From a virus (Duplodnaviria; Caudoviricetes): a stretch of 64,000 nucleotides of DNA. Positions 9,438-19,993 of the stretch are shown one piece after another. The notes under the pieces were generated by a model. It was not told the DNA's origin, ran no database searches, and saw nothing but the letters and a program-made list of their open reading frames with translations. Position 1 is the stretch's first letter. Each line of letters begins with the position of its first letter. The position numbers were made by a program, and so were the translations under genes. Location of the stretch: the IMG/VR virus record IMGVR_UViG_3300025679_000005. One strand, given 5' to 3'.

Positions 9438-9878
9438 TCAGGGATGGCAGTTCACCGGATTGTTGTACGTACTGTAGAAAGTGGGGATCCAAGCAATGAG
9501 TTCGCACCCGTCGTACTTCCAGAAGGCACTAGTACAATTCGCGGCCTCATTAAACCTCGCTTGGGCATTGTCCTCGGACATGGCACCATCCCAAGGAGAG
9601 GCCGGATCGCGGCGGACTTCACCACCTCCACAGACCACCTGTATCGCTTGCTCAATAGCAGACTCAGCATCCCCATTCCAATCAGGCTGCGGGCCGTAGG
9701 GGCAATAAGTAACGACATGGGAGTACAGGAAGAACTTGGTCGTTTGGCCGTAGCCGCCAACGGGCAGGCACCGAACGGTTGTCCTGATCAGGCCGTACTG
9801 GAAGTCTGCTTGAGCAGCCTGCGATGCTGACGCCGTCATGATGCCAGCTGCGAAAATTAGAGCACACAATTTTGTCAT
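9438..9878 (-). CDS. Secreted Cys-containing protein
   Basis: Signal-peptide-like N-terminus; GGTGTA motif 12 nt upstream. Confidence 0.6.
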   Translation of the reverse strand: MTKLCALIFAAGIMTASASQAAQADFQYGLIRTTVRCLPVGGYGQTTKFFLYSHVVTYCPYGPQPDWNGDAESAIEQAIQVVCGGGEVRRDPASPWDGAMSEDNAQARFNEAANCTSAFWKYDGCELIAWIPTFYSTYNNPVNCHP

Positions 9879-10415
9879 GGGTCAGTCCTTTACACCAGGG
9901 GATAGCACTCACTTTGATTCATGTCTTCTTCTCGTATCGGCCAGCGTCCACTAGCAATCGCTCAAGCACGTACTCGAAGCCAGCCGCTACACCGTTCGAG
10001 TATGCCCTAGCCTCAAGGTTCACTTCCTTCTGGGCTCGCTTCAACGCAAGGGTTCGCCGCCCTGTGAGGATGGCTACGACCCGACGCAGCTCTTTGGCTT
10101 TGACGGTATTGGGAGAAGGGGTTGGGCTAGGCATGATCAAACCTCTCGACCAAGCTCCCAACGAAGCTCGGCAGTTTCCCGTAGAAGCCTGGCGATGTAA
10201 ATGTCCCGGCAATTACGGTAGTAGATGTAGTGGTCGGATTCTCCTCGCCGAGCGTACTCAAAGCAATGAGGCGTGTGATCCTGTGGTCCCGGATAGAAGG
10301 CAATGGGCAGAAGGCAGTATCCACAGTGATCCCCCGGCTGAGGGGGGTGCGATCCTCGGCCTAACGTCTTCACGCATCTTCTCAGCCAAGATCAACTGAG
10401 CTATCTGGTCCATGT

Positions 10416-10985
10416 TCATGGCATGGCCCTCGCCAATTGACGGGCGTAGGCTGCCGCCAGAGCGTCTTGGCCCCGCTCGTAGGCGTCGTCGATCAGCTCT
10501 CTAAGAGGCGACCTCACGTCATAAGGAACGGGTTCATGGCTAAGCTTCGGAGGCTTCGCACGGCGAACACACTCAACTTGCTGCTCTGGCGTGAGCAACT
10601 TCAGCGTCCGAATGGCTTCGGACATTAGCAGTGCGTCGTATTGACCATTTTTCATGGGAGAATCCAAACACACCACCACGATCACAGCATGCATCCACAG
10701 CAGCGAGTAGACGGCTGAGAGGAGCACTCCCTGCCAGTAGCCAATGGCCAGGATCATTCCAACGGCAACTACCCAGAAACGGCCCCAGACGATGAAGCGG
10801 TCAATCTGTCGCAGGTCTTCAGGTCCCACCGGTCGCCGCCTTCTCCAATAGGAAAGATCCTGTAGGACAGAGGTCAAACGGATTGTTCCGACACCGACGT
10901 CTAGGTGGTCGTGGAACGGATTCGGTTTCTTCACGTCCAAGGCAGTGAAGCTGGCGTCCACAGGACTCTTTGGAGGGAACTTCAT
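10416..10985 (-). CDS. Membrane protein
   Basis: Two central hydrophobic segments. Confidence 0.55.
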   Translation of the reverse strand: MKFPPKSPVDASFTALDVKKPNPFHDHLDVGVGTIRLTSVLQDLSYWRRRRPVGPEDLRQIDRFIVWGRFWVVAVGMILAIGYWQGVLLSAVYSLLWMHAVIVVVCLDSPMKNGQYDALLMSEAIRTLKLLTPEQQVECVRRAKPPKLSHEPVPYDVRSPLRELIDDAYERGQDALAAAYARQLARAMP

Positions 10986-11218
10986 GGAAGCCCAATCGGG
11001 TTACCAGCAAGACTGCGGTCACGGCAATACGTGAACAACAGATCCAGCTCTGAATCCGTCAACAGATTCAATACTATTGAGTCACGATCTAGGACCAGAA
11101 CTCCTGTCACCTCGGAGATCATCTTCTCCCATTGACCCCAGGTGTTGCCCTTCCACATGGAGTACTGGGCGATGTATTCCTTCTTCTGGGTCGAGGTCAT
11201 GGCATGAAATTCCCACAC
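10982..11218 (-). CDS. Hypothetical protein
   Basis: Part of the overlapping gene train. Confidence 0.5.
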   Translation of the reverse strand: MWEFHAMTSTQKKEYIAQYSMWKGNTWGQWEKMISEVTGVLVLDRDSIVLNLLTDSELDLLFTYCRDRSLAGNPIGLP

Positions 11219-11444
11219 TCTTCGGTGTGAAAGGGGTCCCGATAGTACGTGGCCACTCGAAAGAGTTTCTTGCGGGAGTTCTTGCTGTTCTCCTCGATAC
11301 GATCTTTCTTCTCTTGAGCAGAGGCGAAGGTCGGATGATGCTCACGACCACGACGGCGCCAACGAGGGTTCGCCTGCGTGCACATCTCGATGATGAAGAT
11401 GGGTCCATACTCTCCCAAAGGAGCCTTGTTCGCACGGTTGTGGG

Positions 11445-11852
11445 TCATGTGTCCACCAATGGCTGCCGGCTTAAGGCGTTGTCGATGAGAGCCAGTACCT
11501 CCTCGTGGGCGGCTCCGTCATTGAAGGTGTACAGGAATCCATGGCGAGCCTTGAGGCGGGCTGTTCGCGGGTCCTCTCCCGGTACAGAAATCAAAGCCTT
11601 GGTCAAGGCCCTCCCCAAGGGAATGCTCCCACGAGTAATGCGATTGATACCCCCGACAAGACAGAAACAGGTAGCCTCGGCCCCGCCAGAAGAGCAGGGC
11701 TCCCCCTCCTTGTCCTTGGCGAAGCTTCCCTTCGTCCAATGACTGGGCTCAGCCAGGAGGCCTCGAAGAGCTTTCAGTCCAGCAGCGATTTCGGCATTGC
11801 TTGGGGCCATACCTTCCCTACGACTGATCTGGTCAGGAGTTAAGAGGTGCAC
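11445..11852 (-). CDS. Paralog family A (DUF6197-like) protein
   Basis: HWTKG.FAKD, CFCLVGGI, FND...HEEVLALID. Confidence 0.7.
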   Translation of the reverse strand: MHLLTPDQISRREGMAPSNAEIAAGLKALRGLLAEPSHWTKGSFAKDKEGEPCSSGGAEATCFCLVGGINRITRGSIPLGRALTKALISVPGEDPRTARLKARHGFLYTFNDGAAHEEVLALIDNALSRQPLVDT

Positions 11853-12025
11853 TCTGAAATTCCTTGGTCAAGGTTCGGCTCTGGAGGGAGCCGACTTAAG
11901 GCCCTGTCAATGAGCGCTAACACTTCCTCGTAGGTGTGCGTGTCATTGAAAACCGTAAGGGATCGAGGTTCGCCAACAGGGAGGTGCTGGCTGAGGTAGT
12001 GCCAAAGGTGTAATGAGGCTGAGGC
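11840..12025 (-). pseudogene. C-terminal remnant of a family A paralog
   Basis: Start-less frame reads ...RSLTVFNDTHTYEEVLALIDRAL...; an in-frame TAG lies upstream and the CxCL motif is missing. Confidence 0.55.
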
Positions 12026-12089
12026 CTAGGCCGCGGGCTGCAAGCCACTGAGAGCAGGGTCAGTGTTAGAAGTCGGTGCATGCTCGATC

Positions 12090-13103
12090 CTACACCAAGA
12101 AGTCGCCTAGGACATCCCACTTGGATCTGGTGACCTCAGGCAAGGGCGAAACTCTGTCTGCGGTCACCAGGATCTCCACCTTGTAGTTGCCATTGCCCAG
12201 GGCAGTGACAGTGAAGTCCTCGATAGGGGTCGAGGCTACGATCCGTACGGCCTCCTGTCGAATGTGGGCATCCAGCTCAGGCGTGGGGTCAGTCTCTGGC
12301 AGCTCTGGAGTCCCAGCAGTGCCGACCCAAGTAGGAGACAGAGCATGGAATGCCTCGTTTGGCTGAATGGCCTCATTCCCGACCCTGACAACGAGATCCG
12401 AAGAGTTCCTCCAGGTGTTGTCGGCGAACCCCGGCCACGGTCCTGATCCGACGGCCTGACGCACCATCTGCCTGTTTGCAAGCAACGCCAGGCGATCCAC
12501 TGCCCGAATTTGCGGGTCATTAGCCGTGTAGAAGCTCTGACCAGGCTCGACCACGTAGGGAAAGTCGTCGCCGTCATGGCCGACTGTGACGAACTCACGC
12601 GAGAAGTTGTACCAGAGGAACCCTCCTTGAGGAGCGATCTCGTTTCGCTCCCAAGCTGCAAGTAGGAGCGCTGGCTCACAGACAATGCGACGATAAGACA
12701 CCTGAACCGGCTGAACCGGCTGTATTATGTAGAACATCTCCCCGGGCTCGACGTTGTACGCCATGGTCGCCGTCCCTCCCACGGTAACGACGTGGTCCGA
12801 GACGTTCAGGTAAAGAGCGCCAAAGTATTCGGGCGGCGGTTGCTGTAGATGCCCCCACGAGGTCTCCCTCTCAAACAGGTCAGGATCTATCTCAATGGAC
12901 CTACGAGGCTCGATAAAGAACCTCTCCCCAGGAGCTACCCGTAGCCCATACCCAGGGGTTCCCCTCAACGTGACGTAACCGTTAGAGGTGTTGCGCCAGT
13001 AGCCGTCGTCATCGTGGACCACCAAGCCCTGTGCGAACGCCGTAGACACCATACCGGGGTCTACCCATAGGCGCCTGGGCACTGTAAAAGGCTCCTCTGG
13101 CAT
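12090..13103 (-). CDS. C-terminal-tag protein with four internal repeats (ends RSKWDVLGDFLV)
   Basis: Four units of the form W/Y-x-N-x-S...VTVG...V-x-PG-x-x-F. Confidence 0.75.
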   Translation of the reverse strand: MPEEPFTVPRRLWVDPGMVSTAFAQGLVVHDDDGYWRNTSNGYVTLRGTPGYGLRVAPGERFFIEPRRSIEIDPDLFERETSWGHLQQPPPEYFGALYLNVSDHVVTVGGTATMAYNVEPGEMFYIIQPVQPVQVSYRRIVCEPALLLAAWERNEIAPQGGFLWYNFSREFVTVGHDGDDFPYVVEPGQSFYTANDPQIRAVDRLALLANRQMVRQAVGSGPWPGFADNTWRNSSDLVVRVGNEAIQPNEAFHALSPTWVGTAGTPELPETDPTPELDAHIRQEAVRIVASTPIEDFTVTALGNGNYKVEILVTADRVSPLPEVTRSKWDVLGDFLV

Positions 13104-13254
13104 CTACCCGCTCCCCATGAGAATCATCGTCAAGGTGTCCACATCGGGATGCACTCCTGAATCCCTGAATATCGAGATCACAATGTAGAGCCCGCACACG
13201 AGGGCGAAGCCTACGATCGAAACGATAATGGCGTACTCAGTGGGACCAAACTCC

Positions 13255-14316
13255 TCATAGGAGTGGCTCGTCACCAAGGATTTCATAGCGGGATCGGATC
13301 GGGGCATGCTCACTCACTCCTAACGGCCGGGGAAGCTCAGAGGTTAAGACCCCTTCGAGGCCGATTCCAGAGATTTCCGAATGGCCTACGGTGATTGTCG
13401 CCGCGAAGGTGTCCCCAGGGCTAATGCTGTAGCCGGACATTGTATTCACAATCGTCCGGATCAAAGCACGCTGAAGGGGGCTCAACCTAACGTCCTCGCA
13501 GACTCGATCAACGGCTTCCAGTTGGACTTGAATCCCGTCCACGCTCAAAGGGTCTATAGGTTGCGCTATAAAGTGAGACCCCATCTCAAGGCTGAGAGTG
13601 CGGCCGTCATTCGTAAAGAAGAGGATCTCGCTTCGAGCCTGGTACAGTACACCGTTGATCAGCACCACGTTATCGGTGGTCATTGCATGCTCAAAGGCCT
13701 GCCTGGGAATCACGTAGCTGCCACCAGAATCCGTCAGACGGATCAAGATGTGAGTGTGCTCAGGGGCAATCGGGGAAGGTGCTGGAGGCGTTGGAATGAC
13801 TCCCAACGTCGACCCTAAGGACATTCCAGCACTGGGACGGCCTGCGAAGAGACTATCCTCCATTCGAAAGACATCGCCCTGAGCGAGAACATGCCGTATA
13901 TCGTTGGAGTCAATGAGGGTTACCCTTTGCCGGACTAGGTAGTCCCCAGCCAGAGGTCGATCAAAGTACCCCTCCCCCTCTAACCTATAGAACTGATATC
14001 GCAGAACCGCGAATGCAGCGGTACGTTCTGGCCCTGTGTGGAAAATCCTAACGTATAGGGGCTCTGGAATCGGCCGCCGCTCCACCAAATCAGGAAAAGG
14101 TGTGGCCGTGAATAGATCTCCCGTCCAAAGCCGGTGGGTCGCACCATCACGGTCTTGTACTCCTATAGTAACAAGGGCTTCGTAGTGGTGCTCCCGGATA
14201 CGGTATAGAATCTGCCGCAATCTCAGACCCTCCTCGATCGCGGTTGCGTTTACAACAAAGGCATCAATATTTAGGGTAATGTTCGGCGATATCCTAGTGA
14301 TCGTGTAGAAGGGCAT
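13255..14316 (-). CDS. C-terminal-tag protein (RSRYEILGDEPLL)
   Basis: 353-aa ORF with the subterminal helix LSPLQRALIRTIV. Confidence 0.75.
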   Translation of the reverse strand: MPFYTITRISPNITLNIDAFVVNATAIEEGLRLRQILYRIREHHYEALVTIGVQDRDGATHRLWTGDLFTATPFPDLVERRPIPEPLYVRIFHTGPERTAAFAVLRYQFYRLEGEGYFDRPLAGDYLVRQRVTLIDSNDIRHVLAQGDVFRMEDSLFAGRPSAGMSLGSTLGVIPTPPAPSPIAPEHTHILIRLTDSGGSYVIPRQAFEHAMTTDNVVLINGVLYQARSEILFFTNDGRTLSLEMGSHFIAQPIDPLSVDGIQVQLEAVDRVCEDVRLSPLQRALIRTIVNTMSGYSISPGDTFAATITVGHSEISGIGLEGVLTSELPRPLGVSEHAPIRSRYEILGDEPLL

Positions 14317-14319
14317 CGT

Positions 14320-14490
14320 CTAGACCAAAGGCTCTTGAAGACGGTCCCCTAGGGAACGCCTCACGATTGGAGGGTTCTCAAGGCGCTCACAACGTGGGCA
14401 GTGAATGCCCCAGCCACCGCCGGCTATGACCGCTTGAGGGTGGCCCGCGATGGCACAGAGGAAGAGCTTTAGCCTAGTGAGAAAGTTCAT
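14320..14490 (-). CDS. 56-aa tag protein with CxxC (MNFLTRLKLFLC...HCPRC...RRSLGDRLQEPLV); not in track
   Basis: Manual translation; stop is 3 nt from the ATG of the next tag gene. Confidence 0.65.
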   Translation of the reverse strand: MNFLTRLKLFLCAIAGHPQAVIAGGGWGIHCPRCERLENPPIVRRSLGDRLQEPLV

Positions 14491-14494
14491 CGCC

Positions 14495-14734
14495 CTACCA
14501 GACCTTGACCACGCCTAGTTTGATTTCAACGAGCTTCACAGGCAACCCCGCATCTTCAAGAGGGCCCGCCTGGTCTAGCACCGATGTCACGTACGGGGCC
14601 AGATTCTCGTAGGATACCTCGAAGTCGGCTTGGATAGGTGCCCCCAAGTAGGTAAACTCAGGAGTGGACCTGCCCCCTCCGAAGGTGAGGACAGCGCCCG
14701 CAACATCGTTCTGAATCCATCGCAATGGAATCAT
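14495..14734 (-). CDS. Hypothetical protein
   Basis: Packed gene train. Confidence 0.5.
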   Translation of the reverse strand: MIPLRWIQNDVAGAVLTFGGGRSTPEFTYLGAPIQADFEVSYENLAPYVTSVLDQAGPLEDAGLPVKLVEIKLGVVKVW

Positions 14735-15119
14735 GATCGGTCCTTGTCGTAGATCGGAAGAACACCGTCCGGTAGTTGCTCCACGAGGAACGTCTTCCTC
14801 GGACCCGGGTACTGATAGTCAATGTTTCGACGAAGCGGGGGAGCCTTAGCCTCCCCACGGAGGACCTCTAGGGTGTGATCCCGACAGAGGCAACTCTCCG
14901 AGGTCGGCACCTTCCACCTAGGCTCCCCACAGGAGTCTCGAAGACACTCCCCTTGTGAGGCCTCATCGGGGCCGGCTAAGAACACCGCCATGGTCAGCTC
15001 GTTACGGGCCTCGGTCTCTGCCTCCTTATGGTCTTGATCGGCCTTGTAGTCGAAGTGGATGTAATCGTGGACGATGCGCATGCGTCCAGCAATGCCGTCA
15101 CTGGTGTCATCGCCGTCAC

Positions 15120-15452
15120 TCATTTTGAGGACAGCCTCAAGCGTTCCAAACCCCTGGGGTTGAACACCCCCAAGCCCACCTCTGTCATAATCTTGAGGTC
15201 GGCACCTTCCCACGCTTTATCGCGCCATGCTAGGGCTTGAGCCGAATCGATCCGAGCATCGCAGACACTGCACGAAACCCAGGTGGAATCGCCAATGGCA
15301 ACCAAACTCTGTTCTGGGCTTATGATCAAGCTAGGGTCCTCCTGGCGCATGGTCAACGTCGACCAAACACCTCCCTGAACCTGAAGTTGTTGATGCTCGT
15401 ACAGACTATGGCTACCACAGACGCAGACCTGATGCTGGTAGACGTAGTGCAT
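15120..15452 (-). CDS. Zn-binding hypothetical protein
   Basis: CxC and CxxC motifs; GGTGTA motif upstream. Confidence 0.55.
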   Translation of the reverse strand: MHYVYQHQVCVCGSHSLYEHQQLQVQGGVWSTLTMRQEDPSLIISPEQSLVAIGDSTWVSCSVCDARIDSAQALAWRDKAWEGADLKIMTEVGLGVFNPRGLERLRLSSK

Positions 15453-15694
15453 TCTCTAGAGACTTTACACCGCTGCCCTTAACTTCTTCCACCCTGATCC
15501 GTTAGAGTAAGTATCAAAGCGGCTCGCCTCCCTGGTTTTTTACGTATTCCCCAAGGACCGTGCCAAGAGCAAATACCCTCTCCCATCGTGATTACCCTCA
15601 GCCCCCTCGCTAGGTCTTTCTGCCTCCGAGGGGGTTTCGCTATTTCCCGGTGTATACCCCTTAACTCCTGCTGTTCATAGCCGTAAGAGACTCC

Positions 15695-15859
15695 ATGAAC
15701 AAACGCTCCTGGACGCAATCCATTCTCCTGACGATCCTGGTCGCCTTGGGAATGGCCCTCTTCATATTCTTGGAGAATACATTCCCCTACACCATGCTCA
15801 TCGTAGTCGTGATCGGCCTCTTCTGCTTCACCGCCTGGCTGTTCCGGAACACACGATGA
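15695..15859 (+). CDS. 54-aa two-TM membrane protein (not in track)
   Basis: ATG lies 34 nt after the TTAAC of a promoter variant (TTAAC-N16-CGTA). Confidence 0.6.
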   Translation: MNKRSWTQSILLTILVALGMALFIFLENTFPYTMLIVVVIGLFCFTAWLFRNTR

Positions 15860-15997
15860 CTCTGGTGTAACCAAGATTAGGTTCCTCAATCCCGGCTTTG
15901 CCCGAGAACCCCCTAGCTCGGCCGACATTTTGGGCAGCCGCCGATCCTGCCTAAGAAGTCATGGTTGAGCCGCTAGGTCGCATACCCAAGCCAACGC

Positions 15998-16483
15998 TCA
16001 GCGCAAATCTGTAGAACCCATGTCGTCCAAGTCACAGCCAGGGCAATTTGCGCGACCGTCGCATGATGCTGCTTGTTGCGCCTTTGAGCAAGCAACCCAT
16101 TCGCCGACCGTCATCGAGCACTTGGACAGATCCGTTCTGTCGACGCATTGACCTATGGATCCGACGATACGATCATGACGCTTCCCGTCCGGATATAGGC
16201 ACGAAATGATCGATCCCGGGCTTCCGATTGTACTGATCTCCCAACTGCAAACTGCGCCTTTCTCCGCCACAGAGAGCGACTTCATCGGCCTAGAAAACGG
16301 CAAGTCTTTGGGGCGATCTCCAATGAGTTGTTCGAGTTCAGCGAGCAACGCCGGAGAGCCTAGGATCGCCGAAGCCACGGCGCTAGGATCGGGAGAAGGC
16401 CCAGGCTGCCCCTTTTCACCAGCGGGACCACGGCAAGACACAGCTAGGCAGCAACACAAGCCAAGCACGCACATGACTTTCAT
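15998..16483 (-). CDS. Cys-rich lipoprotein-like protein
   Basis: Lipobox-like LAVSC, short collagen-like GPAGEKGQPG, many Cys. Confidence 0.6.
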   Translation of the reverse strand: MKVMCVLGLCCCLAVSCRGPAGEKGQPGPSPDPSAVASAILGSPALLAELEQLIGDRPKDLPFSRPMKSLSVAEKGAVCSWEISTIGSPGSIISCLYPDGKRHDRIVGSIGQCVDRTDLSKCSMTVGEWVACSKAQQAASCDGRANCPGCDLDDMGSTDLR

Positions 16484-16585
16484 AACGTCCCCTGCAAAAC
16501 AAATTCTACTTTCAGCCTGCCCATGGCCTTTAGAGGCGTCAAGTGCAGCTCCGGCCGTTCATTACAGACAGCTTCACCGTAAGCA

Positions 16586-16909
16586 TCACTTGGCGTGAAC
16601 CGGGGCGTGAGGCGTCCCAGCGTCCCCGAAAACCGAGTCGTACGCCTTCTGGCCGCCGAACGTGCAAACCTTCCAGGCGTGGAGGTACATTTGCCGATCC
16701 TCGCTTGTCTCCGCAAATTTGACCTTGCATGTTTCGGCCTCGCCGTTGGCAGCGCCGTACTTCTGCCAGAGGCCGTCCTCCCTGGCGAGACACGATGCCA
16801 GATAGCTCGCCTTCTTGGCCCTCTCTAACTGCCCCCCGACCGCGATGGGCAGTAGGGCGGCGATGAGAACGAGCAGGGTAATGGTTCGCGGGTTCTTCCA
16901 GTAGGGCAT
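16586..16909 (-). CDS. Secreted or membrane-anchored protein
   Basis: N-terminal hydrophobic helix. Confidence 0.55.
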   Translation of the reverse strand: MPYWKNPRTITLLVLIAALLPIAVGGQLERAKKASYLASCLAREDGLWQKYGAANGEAETCKVKFAETSEDRQMYLHAWKVCTFGGQKAYDSVFGDAGTPHAPVHAK

Positions 16910-17081
16910 GCGGCGAATGTAACCTGGACACTACCTGCGCACCCTATTTGGCACATATCTAGGGGTTTTCTCAGCTAGCCCTAGTCGATCGAAAAATCTT
17001 CGATCCAGTCGCGCACTAGGCGCGGTACACTGGTTCCGAGCGACTTTCGCGACACTTGCCAGGGAAAAAGGGAAACGAATC

Positions 17082-17417
17082 ATGAAGGTTAACCGCAAGA
17101 CGCTAATGGGCCCCGTCGTGCTGGCCGTCGGAGCGCTGACAACGGGTGCATTGGGTTCCTCATTTCCAACGAGTGAGAAGCCGCCGGGCAATCCAATCGA
17201 GGGGAGACTCAGCTCGTCCAAGAAGACTGATGAGCCCATTGCACTCTCTGAGCGCGACTGCGAAAGCGCATGCAGCTACTGCCAGAAATCCTGCGGGGAT
17301 AAGCCAGCCGGAAGCGAGAGAAGCGACTGTCAGCGAAACTGTACCGCATCCGCCGCAGGCTGCTGCGCCGGATATGGCAAAAAGCCGCCGGGATTCATGG
17401 GCTGCTACTGCAACTAG
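17082..17417 (+). CDS. Small secreted Cys-rich protein
   Basis: Signal-like N-terminus and about 10 Cys in CxxxC spacing. Confidence 0.6.
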   Translation: MKVNRKTLMGPVVLAVGALTTGALGSSFPTSEKPPGNPIEGRLSSSKKTDEPIALSERDCESACSYCQKSCGDKPAGSERSDCQRNCTASAAGCCAGYGKKPPGFMGCYCN

Positions 17418-17723
17418 GACGAAGCCTGCTCAAGGCCTGCAAGTAGCCTTCGACCTTCATGACGTGGTCGACGACCTCAGAACTATCCAGCGATTTTTTC
17501 GTGAGCCCCCGATGGGGACGCCGCCTTCACGTGTGGCGTCGGGCTCGGGCTTGAGGCGTGGGTGAGCAGGATTCCGACCAATGCTCCGACCGCGCCACCG
17601 GCGAGCGTCCCGAGCAACGGGGCTCCAAAAGACCCGATCATCGCTCCCATGGTAACGCCGGATTCGATGGTGATGCCGAGGGCGGCTCCGGCTGCGGCGC
17701 CAGACAAGACTATGCCTCGTTTC

Positions 17724-18203
17724 TTATCCCGAGTGGCTTTGTCCATCTTTTTTCGGCTCCTTCACCTTGAATGCTGAGTATCCAGGGAAACACGCCAAGA
17801 ACGCAAGCAACGCCGATGCAACATACGTTGCGCTCGGTGGCGTCCAACCTGGGCTGAGACGCCACGTTATGAGCATTGAGTGGTAAATTATCGTAACCGC
17901 CAGGATAGAAATCAGGGAAACGATGATCCCCAGACTCTCTTTGACGCTCTGCTTATCATAGAGCGTGTGAACTCCGTCGGCCACCGTCACGACCGCGAAA
18001 AAGGTCAAGGTGATCGGGCTGATTTGCGTCAATGCTTCAACAGCTTCGGGTGTCCATCGAAGAATTCCGTCCCAATTCACGGTTTTCCCCGTGCTTTCGA
18101 GGAAGAGAATCGCCATCGCCACAATGCCTGGCCCAAATAGTGGCAGGACTACCTTCAAGATAACCCAAGCCCAGAAGCGCGACCTGTCCGACATGGTCGC
18201 CAT
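17724..18203 (-). CDS. Multi-pass membrane protein
   Basis: About four hydrophobic segments. Confidence 0.6.
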   Translation of the reverse strand: MATMSDRSRFWAWVILKVVLPLFGPGIVAMAILFLESTGKTVNWDGILRWTPEAVEALTQISPITLTFFAVVTVADGVHTLYDKQSVKESLGIIVSLISILAVTIIYHSMLITWRLSPGWTPPSATYVASALLAFLACFPGYSAFKVKEPKKDGQSHSG

Positions 18204-18271
18204 GGTAGGTCAGGTCGCCGCTATTGTCAGAAAACCGGGGCCTTGGAAGCCGCGATCCTTACACCGACGCC

Positions 18272-18724
18272 TCAGGCCAGACCGATCTCGACAGCCGCTT
18301 CCACCCGCTTCCAGAAGGCAGCGGCGTCCTTGTCTTCGATCTCGACCCCCAAATCCTTGAGCTTGTAGTCCTTCTTGATGACCAAGACAGCGCTCTTTCG
18401 GTAGCCCATCTCCTTGGACTTCAGCTCGGCAATGACCTCGTTCAGGGCCTTCTCACGGTCCTTGAATCCCCGAACCCCGTGTCGCAGTACAGCAACAAGG
18501 TTTCGGTCCAGCAAGCCCGCCACTTCCTTGAACCAGTGGTCAATCCAATGGTCGTTCTTGATGCCCATCTTGGTTGCCAGGGTGGCCTTGTAGAACTCCA
18601 GCAGGGCGCCGCTGACGTGCTCCTCGACCTTGTCCTTGAAGGTCTCGCGGTTGTACGCCATCGAAAGCAGAATCCGTTTGGCGATCCTCTTCCGCATTTC
18701 CTCGTCTTTTTTGATGTTTGCCAT
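18272..18724 (-). CDS. Helical hypothetical protein
   Basis: Strong codon bias; GGTGTA motif 10 nt upstream. Confidence 0.7.
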   Translation of the reverse strand: MANIKKDEEMRKRIAKRILLSMAYNRETFKDKVEEHVSGALLEFYKATLATKMGIKNDHWIDHWFKEVAGLLDRNLVAVLRHGVRGFKDREKALNEVIAELKSKEMGYRKSAVLVIKKDYKLKDLGVEIEDKDAAAFWKRVEAAVEIGLA

Positions 18725-18733
18725 TCGTTCCTC

Positions 18734-19990
18734 TTACACCGACTGAGGGGTGGATCCCGAGGCTTGGCCCCAGAACTCCGGCTCGATCCCCAGCTCGTAC
18801 ATCTCGTGAACCAAGACCACGAGGTTGTGAACCAGCACCTTGCAGAGCACTTCGTTGACCTGAGCATCGAACTTCTTGGCTCGGACCGCTCCGCCGAACT
18901 TGCGCTTGATCATCGAGAACGTCGACTCGACGTTGCTCCGCTGGTGGTAGTGGCGATCGAACTCGGCTCGGCGGTACCAGAAGCAGTGCCAGAGCTTCTG
19001 CCATGCCTCGGGGCCGGCACCCTTGTTATTCGACTTGAACGGGATGTACGCCATGCCACCGGCATCTGCCACGGCAGCCAAATTGGCGTGTGAGATGTAC
19101 GCCTTGTCGGCCGACACTTCCTTCACCTCGAAGCGCTTGGCCGTGGTCTTCACCAAGCCCACGAACTGCGGCGAGTCGTGCATGTCGCCTTCGGTGACCT
19201 CGATCGAAGTCACGACGTTGGTGCGCACGCCCACCATGGCGTGGGCTTTGATCCAAGTTTGATAGCGCTGTTCACGCCCGTACTTGTGGTCGTACCAACG
19301 AGCGTACGTGCTGGTGTTGAACCCCGTACCGTCGACCGCGAACTGGTGCTCGACCGCTTTTAGGGGTGATGCGCTTTCTTCGATCATTGCCTTCAGAATC
19401 GGCGTGATTTCAGGATTCTGAAGGTAGTTGAAGATGCTGTTGTAGTGCGGGGCGCGGTCGATGAAACCTTTGGCTTCGCAGTCACGAATGTCACTGGTTG
19501 CACGACGGCCGCTCATGGTCGTGTGCGTCTTCATGGCGGCGCCGTAGATCACGTCCGACAAGGCGAGACGGGGCCTTCCCCGCGTTTGGGGAGGCTGTAC
19601 AACGCCATCGCATAGACCGCGGAGCAGCCTTTGGAAGTGCTCCTTCTCGTGGGTCTGAGCCTGGTTGTAGGCGGGCCAGTTTTGAGGATAAGTAACGCGC
19701 ACAGATTGGGAAGAGACGTGAACCGAACCGTCACGTTCACGCCGAACTTGGAGGCGGGTGAAGGTGACGGCGTGGATGTGCTTGCACATGAAGTGGTTGT
19801 CAGCGTGATCGGGACAGGTGCAGCTCAGCTCCAGCATGTCGACGCGGTAGGTGCGACCAGCGAGGGTCTGCGAAGGTACGAGCCAAAGATCGTCATCGAC
19901 CTTCTTCACCTGGTTCGACTCCGCTATTTGGCGGCCCTTGTCCTGACGGCGCTGAAGAGCGGTTGCGAGGAGGCTGTTCGCGGTTTCCAT
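18734..19990 (-). mobile_element. Transposase: N-terminal SWIM Zn finger plus IS4/IS5-like DDE domain
   Basis: CTCPD...CKHIHAV (SWIM); FAVDGTGF, VSADKAY and YHQRSNVESTFSMIKRKFG (DDE). Confidence 0.85.
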
Positions 19991-19993
19991 AGA

